Of a DNA stretch of 64,000 nt, positions 49,068 through 61,400 are shown one piece after another (positions within the stretch are counted from its first letter, which is position 1; each line of letters starts with the position of its first letter). The DNA comes from Takakia lepidozioides (lineage: Eukaryota > Plantae > Bryophyta). The notes beneath the pieces are model-generated. The model was given only the letters and a program-made list of their open reading frames with translations, was not told the origin of the DNA and searched no databases. The position numbers and the translations under genes were made by a program. Location of the stretch: contig CM060734.1 of NCBI GenBank assembly GCA_030704615.1, positions 23,808,001 to 23,872,000 on the forward strand, given 5' to 3'.

Positions 49068-51130
49068 TTACTCGCTCTTGTACTGATTCTTGAACTCATT
49101 CGACCTGGAAATGCCTTTATCTCTTTCAAACTCCCTGAAGAAACAGTTGTTCCATATTGCACTTTTCCATCTCCGAATGTATTGCTCAAGAGAGATTTTG
49201 GGTGTTGTCATGGTGATTTTGTAGTCAGTCATGGACTCTCCCAGTGCTGCCATAGCACGCTTCTCTAACTGCCCCAACAAGGTGAATGTGAGGCTACGGA
49301 GGTAAACAACACAGAATTATTGGAAAAATACAAACTGCCAGAAGGAATCGGTTGTTTCTCTCTCCTGGCTTCAGAATGTAGCTTTGTGAAGCCATTGGTC
49401 AAAGGAGTGGTCGCTCACCACTTTTATCACATTGGTTTTGGGGTCTTTCTCTGTTCTTGGAAACCCATACGTGTCCTTCACCAGAGGATCCGAGTTCCAA
49501 ATCTCCAAACATCTGATTTTGGTTGAGATGTCCACCATTGAAATGGACAGGCGATGCAGTTTCTCTTGAGTCATTTCGGGTTTAGTTCCATACTTGTCGT
49601 AGTGCACTTTCACCTGCTCCAGGAACTCTGAGCCGAGACCTGGATCTGCAATGCGGATTTGTTTGTCAAACGCACTCAGCAGGTTCTTTCTGTGGTTATC
49701 CATCTCAAACCTGATTGCTTCCACCACCCCTACATCAGGCCTCTCCTCCTCTGCGTGAGTGGCATAGTATTCGGCCTTCGCTTTCAAGCCTGTCTCTGCT
49801 ATCTCTTGCTGCAACTCAAAATTTCAGCATTCAGAAGCCCTATAGATGTTCTATGCTTATCTCAGGTACCTTCGAGGATGCCTTACTCTCCATGCCCAAT
49901 TAGCCAACATATTTTTGCTGGAGAAGATCTTACCTTATGAAGGACTTGCTTGCTCCACACCATGGTCATGGCTGGAGAGGAGGCTGATATCTCATGGCTT
50001 TGGCCTTCCCATTGCCTTGGGTTCATCACTTCAATCAGGAACATATTTGATAACTTTTTGTCATGCTCGGACCAAGGTGTCAGTAAATCAAACATAAAAC
50101 TAAAAACAGAAGGGAGATTGGTTGATAATGTGTACAAGAACCACCAAGTACACTGGTCTAAATCAGAGAGGGAAGATACTTATGTCTTGTCGAGACATGG
50201 ACAAAGACTTGACAAGGTCATTGTAAAATCAACGACAAATCAGCCTCATAACAAGGCATTATCAACCTTCTTCATTCACAAGTCAGCTTTACGACAAATC
50301 CCAGACTTCAAAGTCAATGAAATCTCTAGGTGGGGGGGTGGGAACATAGATATCCATTTACCACTGCACATAGCAAGAAAATCTTGTTTCAAGTTGCTAA
50401 ACTGTGCCACATATGATTGAAAAGAGGGTCTGGAAGCCAGATTCCAGTTTTCCTTTGTTTATCATCATCACCACTTCAATGCTACACCTGTTTTATATTG
50501 GCATCTTACACACCGTGTCTTAACCAGATCCACTATACTTTTTTGGCCCATAACCTAGTTCAGGTTTGGGTTCTTTGTATAATGCCATATCAGGGTGATT
50601 GATCAGCAAGTGTCCATGTCCAAATAAGGAACCATTGACCACTTTTCATAGCAAGAAATATCTGTTCAGCTTAGGAAAGCCATTCATGATCACATAGAAC
50701 CAGTCTGCCCTAAAATAAACATCAAGTCAGTTCCTGACACCATGCTTCTTGCCCTATGATCTGGTTCAGATCTGGGGCAGGTGTGTAAGCGCATTGGTGG
50801 TGCTCCCACATCATGTTATCAGCCCCAAGACCAGGTTCAAGGTCTGGGGCAATGATATCATTACCATAATAGGTTGTGATCAAATTTACAGGCCATCAAC
50901 CCATTCGTAGAAAACACACGGGGTCTGAATTGTTCATTCCAACAGGTCAGTAAGTTGCCATGGTATCATTTATCCTAAGGCAACCTGAACATCCGGGTCT
51001 GAATCAGCTTCTTAACAAACAACAAAGGCTTACCATCATGGACATTGTCCATTACAAAAGCCGAGCAACCAAGGGCTTGTAACCAAGGATATTATCTGGC
51101 CAAAGAAGAGCCATCCTTCAAGATTACATG
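49068..51130 (-). pseudogene. Unrecognised degenerate coding region
   Basis: Protein-like ORFs 49371-49814 and 49068-49280, fragmented frames upstream, and splice-like signals near 51.0-51.1 kb. No family recognised. Confidence 0.35.
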
Positions 51131-52486
51131 GCACCAGATATCCTAAAGCAGCCTGCTCGTAAAAAGAGACCAGGCTTACAAGTGTTTACAATAAAGGACA
51201 CTGTCTGGTTAAAAAAAAAAAAAAAACAGATCTGCCCCACTTTGCTGCTTGGCACCAGATATCTTAAAGCCACCAGCTTGTCACACAAATGCTCCACCGT
51301 CACAACAAGATGCCACAGGGAACAAGAGAGAAGCACCCAAATGACTGCTCAAGTGTCCACCATACCAGGTTAAGAACAAGAGCCATCAAGATCAAGGGAA
51401 AGAGGAAGAAAGGTTTATTCTCCCCCAAAGATACATATGTCATGGCATCGCTTCTTCAGCTCGATTCCAATCACCTTCAAGCTTTGAAATTCATATTAAG
51501 TGAGGACCCTCACCTGGTCCCATCACATGCAATCAGAAACAGTTAAGTTAGAGAAGATGTGGAACCCCAGGTGAATCGCAGGTCTCACGCTTGTTATCGT
51601 TGTACATACAACATGCATTACAAAGCAGGGGCAGAAAGGAAACAGAGCATATACAGGCCAATACCTCGATGGCTTGTGGAAGAGAGGCCTGTGCCATAGC
51701 TCCCAAGACCAGTAAACAAGAATGCACAAAGCATGTACAAAGAAAGTGAATCGTCCAAACTTAAAGAGTTCAGTCACTTCCCTGAGGTCTTAAGATGCGC
51801 CGCTGTATCTTAATGATCAATGAAGGTCACAACAGGCAAACACAGCACAGGTAGATTGCCCGCCAAACATGAGAGACAACCGCCACAGGGAAATTGCAGG
51901 TACTGCCGCCATTGCGCACCCCAAGAGGGAAAGAAGGTACTGAATCTTGCCAGAAAACCTACAAGCCTTAATGGCGCAGCTCCGTAGCATTCAAGGGCGC
52001 CAGCATCGAGCTCCATGCGCACACCGCCACCATCTCGCAGCTCCCGCCACGCCTCAAGCACGATCGTCGTGCAGAGGTTTAGGGCAGGGAGGAGATGAAG
52101 CGCAATTTCCTGCGATTTCATCCACGCGGGATGAAATCCTCCACGCAGGATGAAATCCATTGCGCGGGATGAAATTCACCGCGATTTAATTATTGGCTAG
52201 TACCATATCACTGGCCTTAAACTGTCAAGTTTTAAAAGAACCAGCCAGATCCAAGGAGGGAGGGAGAGAGAGGGAGAGAGAGGGAACCCACCAACCATCC
52301 CCTGGTATGGCAGCTCCTTATGGAGTGAGCGTGGTATGCACTCACCCCGTAAGGGAGTGCATACCAGACCCCATCACATAAATGACCTCCCTCTTCTTTG
52401 TAGCTTTTACTTCTGGTTGCAAAGGAACCATAGAAATAAACATGCCTACAATCTCAACTCTCCAAGGTCAAAAAACAAAACAAGAT

Positions 52487-53270
52487 GTGACAAGCAAAGG
52501 TACATCAACACTTCCATCAGAATGTAGAGTTTTACCTTTTAGCTACACATAAGCTCTGATAATGGAAAGATGAGGCCAATGAAGGGACCTTAACTCCGAA
52601 ATTCATGAAGCAACAAACAGAAAAGAAACTTTTATCAACCCTTTAGTGTTGACCTAGCCCATGTTTTTGGGTACCACATGTGTACAAAACCAATGGGGGC
52701 AGGTTTAGGTAATGAATTTTCTGCCATTGGTATGTTCCAAGTTGGCAAGTTGTGACAAACGAAGGTACGTCAACACGTACATCAAAATTTAGAGTTTTAC
52801 CTTTTAGCTTATATATAAGCTTTGGTGACCGGAAGAAGAGGCCAATGAAAGAACCCTCAATTCCCAAGGTCATAAAGTAACAATCATGAAAGAATCTTAT
52901 ATTAGACTTTAAGTGTTTACCCACCCCTTGTTTTGGGTACAACATGTGTACAAAACCAAAGGGGGCAGGTATATGTTGCTGACCAGTAGATGTTTTGTCT
53001 GAATACCAGGGGGTAAACCCCTGCCAGACTTCATTACCTAAGTGTCAGAATTGGGTATTTTTTATGGTGCTATAAAGAGCAAAGCCATAACCAGGAGAAA
53101 CATAGAAACATTTGAGCCAAAGAAATGGAACTCATTCTTATCATAAGGTATCTAAATCTGACATAAGGCATCGGCTACAGGGGGCCGGCAAACAAGAGTA
53201 ATGTGCATTGACCGGATCATGTATAAGGTGTACACGTCTACTCCAGCAAGTTGTCTTACCAAGGCCTAGC
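52487..53270 (-). pseudogene. Fragment of the PAPxGFVHMxYP protein family with a ~270-bp (90-aa) tandem domain repeat
   Basis: IPAPFGFVHMLYPK (~52934-52972) and KPAPIGFVHMWYPK (~52667-52706); homologous to the 7.5-kb locus. Confidence 0.55.
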
Positions 53271-54725
53271 TCAAAATTTCAGCATTCAGAAGCCCTATAG
53301 ATGTTCTATGCTTATCTCAGGTACCTTTGAGGATGCCTTACTCTCCATGCCCAATTAGCCAACATATTTTTGCTGGAGAAGATCTTACCTTATGAAGGAC
53401 TTGCTTGCTCCACACCATGGTCATGGCGGGAGAGGAGGCTGATATCTCATGGCTTTGGCCTTCCCATTGCCTTGGGTTCATCACTTCAATCAGGAACATA
53501 TTTGATAACCTTTTGTCATGCTCGGACCAAGGTGTCAGTAAATCAAACATAAAACTAAAAACAGAAGGGAGATTGGTTGATAATGTGTACAAGAACCACC
53601 AAGTACACTGGTCTAAATCAGAGAGGGAAGATACTTATGTCTTGTCGAGACATGGACAAAGACCTGAGAAGGTCATTGTAAAATCAACGACAAATCAGCC
53701 TCATAACAAGGCATTATCAACCTTCTTCATTCACAAGTCAGCTTTACGACAAATCCCAGACTTCAAAGTCAATGAAATCTCTAGGTGGGGGGGGGTGGGA
53801 ACATATAGATATCCATTTACCACTGCACATAGCAAGAAAATCTTGTTTCAAGTTGCTAAACTGTGCCACATATGATTGAAAAGAGGGTCTGGAAGCCAGA
53901 TTCCAGTTTTCCTTTGTTTATCATCATCACCACTTCAATGCTACAACCTGTTTATATTGGCATCTTACACACCGTGTCTTAACCAGATCCACTATACTTT
54001 TTTGGCCCATAACCTAGTTCAGGTTTGGGTTCTTTGTATAATGCCATATCAGGGTGATTGATCAGCAAGTGTCCATGTCCAAATAAGGAACCATTGACCA
54101 CTTTTCATAGCAAGAAATATCTGTTCAGCTTAGGAAAGCCATTCATGATCACATAGAACCAGTCTGCCCTAAAATAAACATCAAGAAGAACCAGCCAGAT
54201 CCAAGGAGGGAGGGGGAGAGAGGGAGAGAGAGGGAACCCACCAACCATCCCCTGGTATGGCAGCTCCTTATGGAGTGAGCGTGGTATGCACTCACCCCGT
54301 AAGGGAGTGCATACCAGATCCCATCACATAAATGACCTCCCTCTTCTTTGTAGCTTTTACTTCTGGTTGCAAAGGAACCATAGAAATAAACATGCCTACA
54401 ATCTCAACTCTCCAAGGTCAAAAAACCAAACAAGCTGTGACAAGCAAAGGTACATCAACACTTCCATCAGAATGTAGAGTTTTACCTTTTAGCTACACAT
54501 AAGCTCTGGTAATGGAAAGATGAGGCCAATGAAGGGACCTTAACTCCGAAATTCATGAAGCAACAAACAGGAAAGAAACTTTTATCAACCCTTTAGTGTT
54601 GACCTAGCCCATGTTTTTGGGTACCACATGTGTACAAACCAATGGGGGCAGGTTTAGGTAATGAATTTTCTGCCATTGGTACGTTCCAAGTTGGCAAGTT
54701 GTGACAAACGAAGGTACGTCAACAC
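53270..54725. repeat. Recent local duplication: copy of 49815-50726 fused to copy of 52236-52776
   Basis: Near-identical sequence in both blocks; junction at 54185/54186. Confidence 0.92.
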
Positions 54726-55522
54726 ATAGCCTGCAGGCCTAGGATATTTGGAGTCATAGCCCAGAAGGGCACGGGGTTTGGGAGCTCCTCTGGCTACCCG
54801 GCCCTGCTTTCATGGGGGCCCACTCCACCCTCAACCCTCTCAAACCCCCGCCCTAGGTTTTGCCCACCCCTCGTGGCATTTTTCTCGAGCCCCGGCCATC
54901 GCGGCTGCACTCCCTCCAGTCCGCCCTGCATGGCGTTAGCCGGAGCTGCCATCGCCGTGGATTCAGGCTAGGGCCCAGGCCTGGGAATGCCCAGACCTGT
55001 GTCGGGCGCCATCCCTAGCCGGGCAATCAAAGGGTTTGGGGGAGCGTGCCGCCCTAACCTTTATGGGGTATCTTTCAGTCACCCTAACCTGACCGCAGTT
55101 GCCATGTCAGCAGCTTGGGCAGGTTAGGGGGCCAAATTGGCCTAAAAAAGCTGAGTGTGCCCCTGGTCCAGACCCATACCCCTTCGGGCATTGACCAATT
55201 GGCCAATGCCATATGAAGGGGGACCCGATTTTCTATCGATTAAGCCCAAGAAAGGCCCAATCAACCTTAACCACAGGAAGTTATGGCTGGTTAAGCAAAC
55301 CCAAGCGACCCATTCTGGGTCGCTTGGGCACTTAAGGGTTAAGCGGGGACGGGGGCTTGCCGAGCGTGGCGGTGCTGCTGGGGACGCGGGAAGGCACGGC
55401 GCGCATCATTTTGAAGTTGGCGCGGCATGCTCTAAGAGCTGTGTGAATGGAATGTGGCTGGCCTCCCGTTAAGTACATACTTAATGAGCTCCTTCAGCAT
55501 TGCAGCAGTAACGCTTAACACG

Positions 55523-58160
55523 ATGGTGCGTGGCGATTACGTGTGGCCACCTGTGATCGTCATGAGGTCCGATGTACATAATAGGGACCATGAGAGTTGG
55601 TGGCGTCAGTGCTTGAGGAAACGGCTCGATGAGATGGATTTTGCTTATGAAAGCAACATATTCATGGGAGGACTTGGAAAGAATCAAAGAGATTTCTTGT
55701 ACGTTCACCAACCTCCACTGGTTATGCGGCAGCCCGAGCGCTCGAGGTTGATTCTAGTACACTGAAATATGCTAAAGTGGAGTATATGAATGAAATTGAT
55801 CCGAATAGACGTCTTGTGACGGGGTGGACACCGATCTCGGACGCGTTTCTTGCCAATAGACCTGCAAATCGGACGAATACGGTTTATCTTCCCCCATTTT
55901 CTCTTTGGTCTTATACTCAGCTGAACTTTCGGATATGGCTGTCTCTCTCAGTCTTCGAAGTGGGTTTAGTCTCTGGTTTGTGTGTTGCTTCTGACTGCCT
56001 GTCCGAATTGGCAATTCTCTGTGACAGCTGTGAAGGATGCCGGCAAGGAAGCCCGAGAGAATTTTAAATGTACCAGAGCTCGGACCCTTTTAAAACATCT
56101 TGTGCTATATCTGAGAGATTGACTTGTGATTGATTGACCCCTTTCCGTATTTTCTTGGCTTCCCTGTCACTCCTTGCTTGGTAATCACTCGCGGAGTTCT
56201 GCAAATGCAGCTGAATGAAGAAGACGAAATCAGCATCCGTCGGAGAGAGAAGTTTTTACTTGAGAGCCAGAAAAGGGAGGCGGGAGCCATGGGCCATAAA
56301 TGGTGCTCAGCTTGGGCAAAGCAGTTTGGAGAGACTCAAATCGCTCCGCAAGTGGTGGGTGCAGCAGATCTCCGCACTTTGACGCCCAAGTCCTCTCCAC
56401 TAAATGTGTCGACCTAGCTTTTTTCTGTGTCAGATCTCAAAGTCAAGTTCCAACCTCGTGTGCAAATTTTAGAGAACTTCTTCTCTGATGGGCCTCGCAT
56501 GCACTTGAAGTCGCCACAAAGTTTTGCGCAGGAGAGTTATTGTCATCACTCATTACCTCATTTCAGGTGCCGTGGTAAAATATTGCAGCTGGTGGAGGTA
56601 TATCCATGATAGATGGTCAGAATTGAGCACGTTCAGTTATCAGTATCGACAGTTTATTCAGATTCAGCAAAACAGGGTATGCCATATATCTGCAAGTTCT
56701 TGTAGTGATTGTTGGACAGGCCCTTATCGGCAGAGAAGAGGGAGGTTGCCACAATGAAGGTTGTAGAAAAGAAGAGCAAAGAAGCCAAAACCCATGAGAA
56801 AATCCTACATGATCTGGAACAGTAATTACACAAATCGGCTCTGATTTTGAGGGCGAGGCAAAACGAGGAATTGTTGGAGGTGAGAGCTATACTTTCTCTG
56901 CCACGTCCTTTCTTCCTGTAGCGTCCCAAGTCATTGACTGTTCAAAGACCTCTAGTTCTAGGTAGTTGCTCAGATATGTTTGGAAGGAATTTCCATAGGA
57001 ATTACTTCAGTGTTTTGCCCGAAGAGTGAGGAGCCGGGTGGCCATGGGCATGTTCTCTCTCTGTTGTTCCCATGTGCATGCAAGTGCGCATCGCTGTGGA
57101 GATCTCTGGAGCAAAGAATCCAGGGTTGGGCAGGTTGGCTAAAGTGAGGGAGCTGCAGCCACCAGAAGAAGAGGTCCCAAAGTATTACAAAATAAGATTG
57201 GATGCAGCACTGGGACATAACACTTTTTCCTAAATTTCTTTGCATTGAAATACTATTGATCTCTTACAGCATCTCAAGCAGCAGCAAGCCAGCATAGCTG
57301 CATTATTCGATCGTGAGATGACTGCAAGAAAGAAAGTTACGGAACTTGTTATTTCTACAGAGGAAGACACCATGCGCATTCAGGTTCGACGGGTTGTAAT
57401 GCAGGTGCAATCCTCCCTTTCATGTGTGGTGTACAGTATCAGATCCCAAGTTATGCATCGCACATACCTGATGGTTGAAATAATTCATCTACACAATAGC
57501 AAACAAACTATTCTTGGTCCTATGTTGCTCCTTTGTTGCTAACTTGTAATCTGTAGCATGTTTGAGTTACGGATTTTTCACAAGCATATCACGCAGGCAT
57601 GCGAGGCTATGAAAGTATCTATTGTCTTGGACTTCTCAGACTAGTCACATGTCCATCAAATCAGTTCTGTAAATTTGAGTCGATCTTGTGAGGTCTGAAA
57701 ATCTTGTTACAAAGGTGAATTTTGCTGGATTTTCTTCAGTGTTGTACCTTAGGTTGCTCCCTCACAAACAAAGCTACTTCTGAGCGTCATGTTAAGAAAA
57801 TATTGACCAGTATCCATGGATGTTTGTGGTGCAATGAACGCAGTCTGAAGAAGACTTGAAGAGGCAGCACGACGTAGCTCAGGCCATCTGGCGGAGAAAT
57901 CTCGAAGAGGCAAACAACAATCTCAAAAAGAGAGAGGATGCTGAACATGTGCAAAAATATGAATGCAGCATTTGTTATGAGTTGGAGGCACCTGGCACCA
58001 TGCAACCCAACTTGGTCGGCAGTGGCACCAAGCTACTCCACAAGTGATCATGAGAAGCCAAAAAAAAGGAGTTGTTTATATCCTTGTGGGCATACTTTGC
58101 TTTTGTATGGAATGTTCACTAACAATCTGGAGTGGGGACAAAGCATGTCCTATGTGTAAG
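55523..58160 (+). pseudogene. XS-domain / coiled-coil / C3HC4 RING gene, degenerate
   Basis: DYVWPPVIVM and TGYAAARALE resemble SGS3/IDN2 XS motifs; coiled-coil-like exons follow; RING ECSICY..LYPCGH..CMEC..CPMC is split by frameshifts. Confidence 0.55.
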
Positions 58161-58477
58161 AAACACAAACCAATATACACTTTCATGATGGAGATTGGCC
58201 ACATCCTTGATAGAGATTATAAATTTATTCGTCAATTCACTGCTACATGTAGAGGATTCATCAACAATGAAAATTTCAATGTCAGATGTGCTTCATCCTT
58301 GTCTGAGGGTTTTATTTCATATTTGATCATGGGAATTCTTCTTGATGCAAGGAGTAAGATGTGCAATGCACTGATCCTGGAAGAGCTTTCACAAAAAAAC
58401 CAATGTGGCAATTTAGAACAAACTCTATAGTACTGACTGCATGGCACGTAAACCATCTGAAAATTGACTTTTAAGTT

Positions 58478-61400
58478 TCAGTTGTTCCTCCGGAGTGTGG
58501 TGGAGAAGCGCTGCTTTAGAGCCCGCTGAACATGCTCGAACAGCTCAGCAAAGACATTTCCTGCAACCCACGATTGGACTCAATTTTTAGAAAATTGTGC
58601 CTGGTGTGTATCCTGTTCACAATATAATATCCACTCCCACATTAGTACCATCAAACTACTCTTCACGCGACCGTGCCTCAGCCAACAGCTAGTAACCAAG
58701 AGGACTATTTGCGCCTGGGAGATTAAGGATGTGAAATAGAAACGGGTAGAAGGGCCCCAGACAGAGAAGGGATGAGAGGGAAACCTCATGTTGGCTGCGG
58801 CAGAGACTCACCCGCAGGATGTTGGTCTCCCTTAGCCAAGGAAGCCTTGATAAGAAGTGCTCCTGGTGCCTGCTGGAAAACCTGGAGAATACTCAAAATG
58901 ATGGTTTCAGATTGTTTCAACCCCCATACTGCCGGTAAAATAGCAGAAAGAAAACCAGCATGATTTGCTGATCTGAAAAGACAACACACCACATGCCCAA
59001 GTCCTGATAATGGCTGTAAAGATTGTACTCATAAGACGTTGTTTGCCGTAGCCTTGTGGCCATTGACCCCGCGCCCAGTTTGAGCGGGAACAAAAGGGAC
59101 AGAACCTACCTCTGTCAGGGGCTGACGTTGGTAGTAAGACTTACCTCCATATAAAGAATTAATCCGGGTTTTCCAGATATCCTCTAGAAATCCCTTCACA
59201 CAAGCATCAATCTGCTGTGTGTGATCAAAAACTAGGCCTCAGGAGGGCCTGGGCTTTTGGCTCAGCCTCGAGACTTTCAAAGTTGGTAAACAGGGGTACA
59301 GGCACAATTCCCTTAGATTTGAAGAGAGCGTCTCTTTGGTGAGAGAACCCCGGACAGTGTATCAGAAAATGAATACTGTCTTCAGATTGCCCACACAACG
59401 GGCAATTGCACTCTCCCTTTCCTCTCTGCTTCTGTTTGCTGTTCAAAGGTAGGCTTCCTGCCCTGAGTTTAAATTTCAGTCTAGTGCCGAGAGTGGGTAG
59501 ACCCTTGAGGTCATCCAAGATGTCCTCCCCCATGTCACAGACTGGAAACAAGTTCAGGGAAGTTTTCTGCCTAACTTCATTTCATCAGACAATCTCATGG
59601 CAACAGACATGGCTGAGGACACTACAGCCTCTAAGTCAGATTTATCCAGCAGGGTCAAGACTTGCGGATCCAGGTCCAGGTCCTTGAGGATCTCTTCTTC
59701 TCTCTCTCTTCTGCCAGGACTTAGCCTGTTTGACAGGGCGGTCCTGTTTCAAGATATAGAGTCGATTAACTTAGGATATCTGGTGTTGGGCATATGTTGC
59801 AGCTGACCCCACCATCTGACCTTGAATTCATCTCGTCGGGAGCTTAAGGACGGAATGCCAAACTCACCCCGAACAGCCACATTGGCTGTTTTGGAGCATG
59901 CTGACATACACTCCTTAAGCACCCCCACTTGAATGGATTCTAGAGACTTAGCCTGGTTGGAGCTATCAACCCATATAGCAGATCCGTACTTCAAGGCAGG
60001 TCTAAAAACGCGACAAAGCATGGTTTTCTTAACCTCAAAGTTGACCCTCTGCAGTGGAAATTTAGTGAGCCCCAGAGCTTTGCCCTTGCCAGTTTTGAAC
60101 AACTTTCCGGATATGTGCATCCCAATTACAATTGGAGGAGAACTCAACGCCCAGGTAAGTGTAGGAAGGGAGGACCGGGATCTCTTGGCTACCCCACTGC
60201 CACTTAAGATCACTTCCTCCCTCTCCTCTGTCGTTGAATGCTACCACTGCACATTTGCTGACATTAGCCTCTAGCCCCCAAAGATCAAAGTATCTCTTCG
60301 CGCAATCAATCAACTTCCCGGAGATTGGTTGGAGTCTTCCCTATGCCTGCAAAGTCATCCGCAAACATAAGGGCTGGTATGGTGGTATCACCCACCCTTA
60401 ACCCAAATCCCTCACTTTCCACATCCTCGAGGAGTTGATTGATGAAAACATTGAAGAGCAGAGGGGAGAGAGTACATCCTTGAGCTACACCTTGGTCTAT
60501 GTCAAAGAAGTTGGACTTCTGTCCGTTAACAGTGACACAGCTTTTGGTGTGAGCATACAAGTTGTGGACAACTCTCCACATCTTTCCCTTGATCCCACAA
60601 GACCAGAGGTCGTCTGATTTAAACGACCAGGTACAGCATCACATTTTACACCTGAGGAAGTTTCGGGGGAGTTGACGCGTTGACCCGGTAGGGGGTCATG
60701 TCTCCACACTGTGTCATAAGCCTTTTTGACATCCAGGAAAAAGACATAAGTGGGTTTCCCTTCTTTTTTCCTTCCCTGGATAATCTGGCTTAGAGTGAAG
60801 ATATGATCCACACAGCCCCTGTTTCGCCGAAAGCCAGCTTGGCCTTCGTGGAAACAACCTCTAGACTCCAGATCAACCTCGAGATGAGTACTTATAACTC
60901 TGCAGAATGTCTTGCCAACAGCATTGAGGAGCGTGATGCCATGGTAGTTCCCCGGTTCTTCTCTGTCACCCTTCTTGTATAGATTGACAATGACCCCCTG
61001 TCGCCAGCGAAAGGGGATCATTTCAGTCTTCCAGATAAGGTTAAAGAGGAGAACTAGGGCCTGTAATGGCTGTAAAGAGATGGGTGCTTACTGAAGCCCT
61101 GAATGACGGACGATCTCCAATCTTCTGAGTACCACTTGCATTGCTAAGAGCTGGGCTCAATTGCTCTGGAAAGCTTTCAGGAGATTCTCTCTTTCGCTTA
61201 CTACCAGGAATATCCGATTTGTGCAGCTCACTCAACACCACTGGGAGGAGGCCCTGTTCACAAAACACACCGCAGAAAACAAGTTATTGTAGTTGGACCC
61301 CGCTGGACTTTGGTAGAGAACTTGGAAGTTTGATTTTTGAGTTTTAAAATGAAATCAATTGATAGATTCTTCACCCCACAATCAACAGTCCACTACTCAG

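Noticed and set aside
55325-55342. piggyBac-like right end (AAGGG-TTAA)
   Set aside because: No matching left end or transposase in the window.
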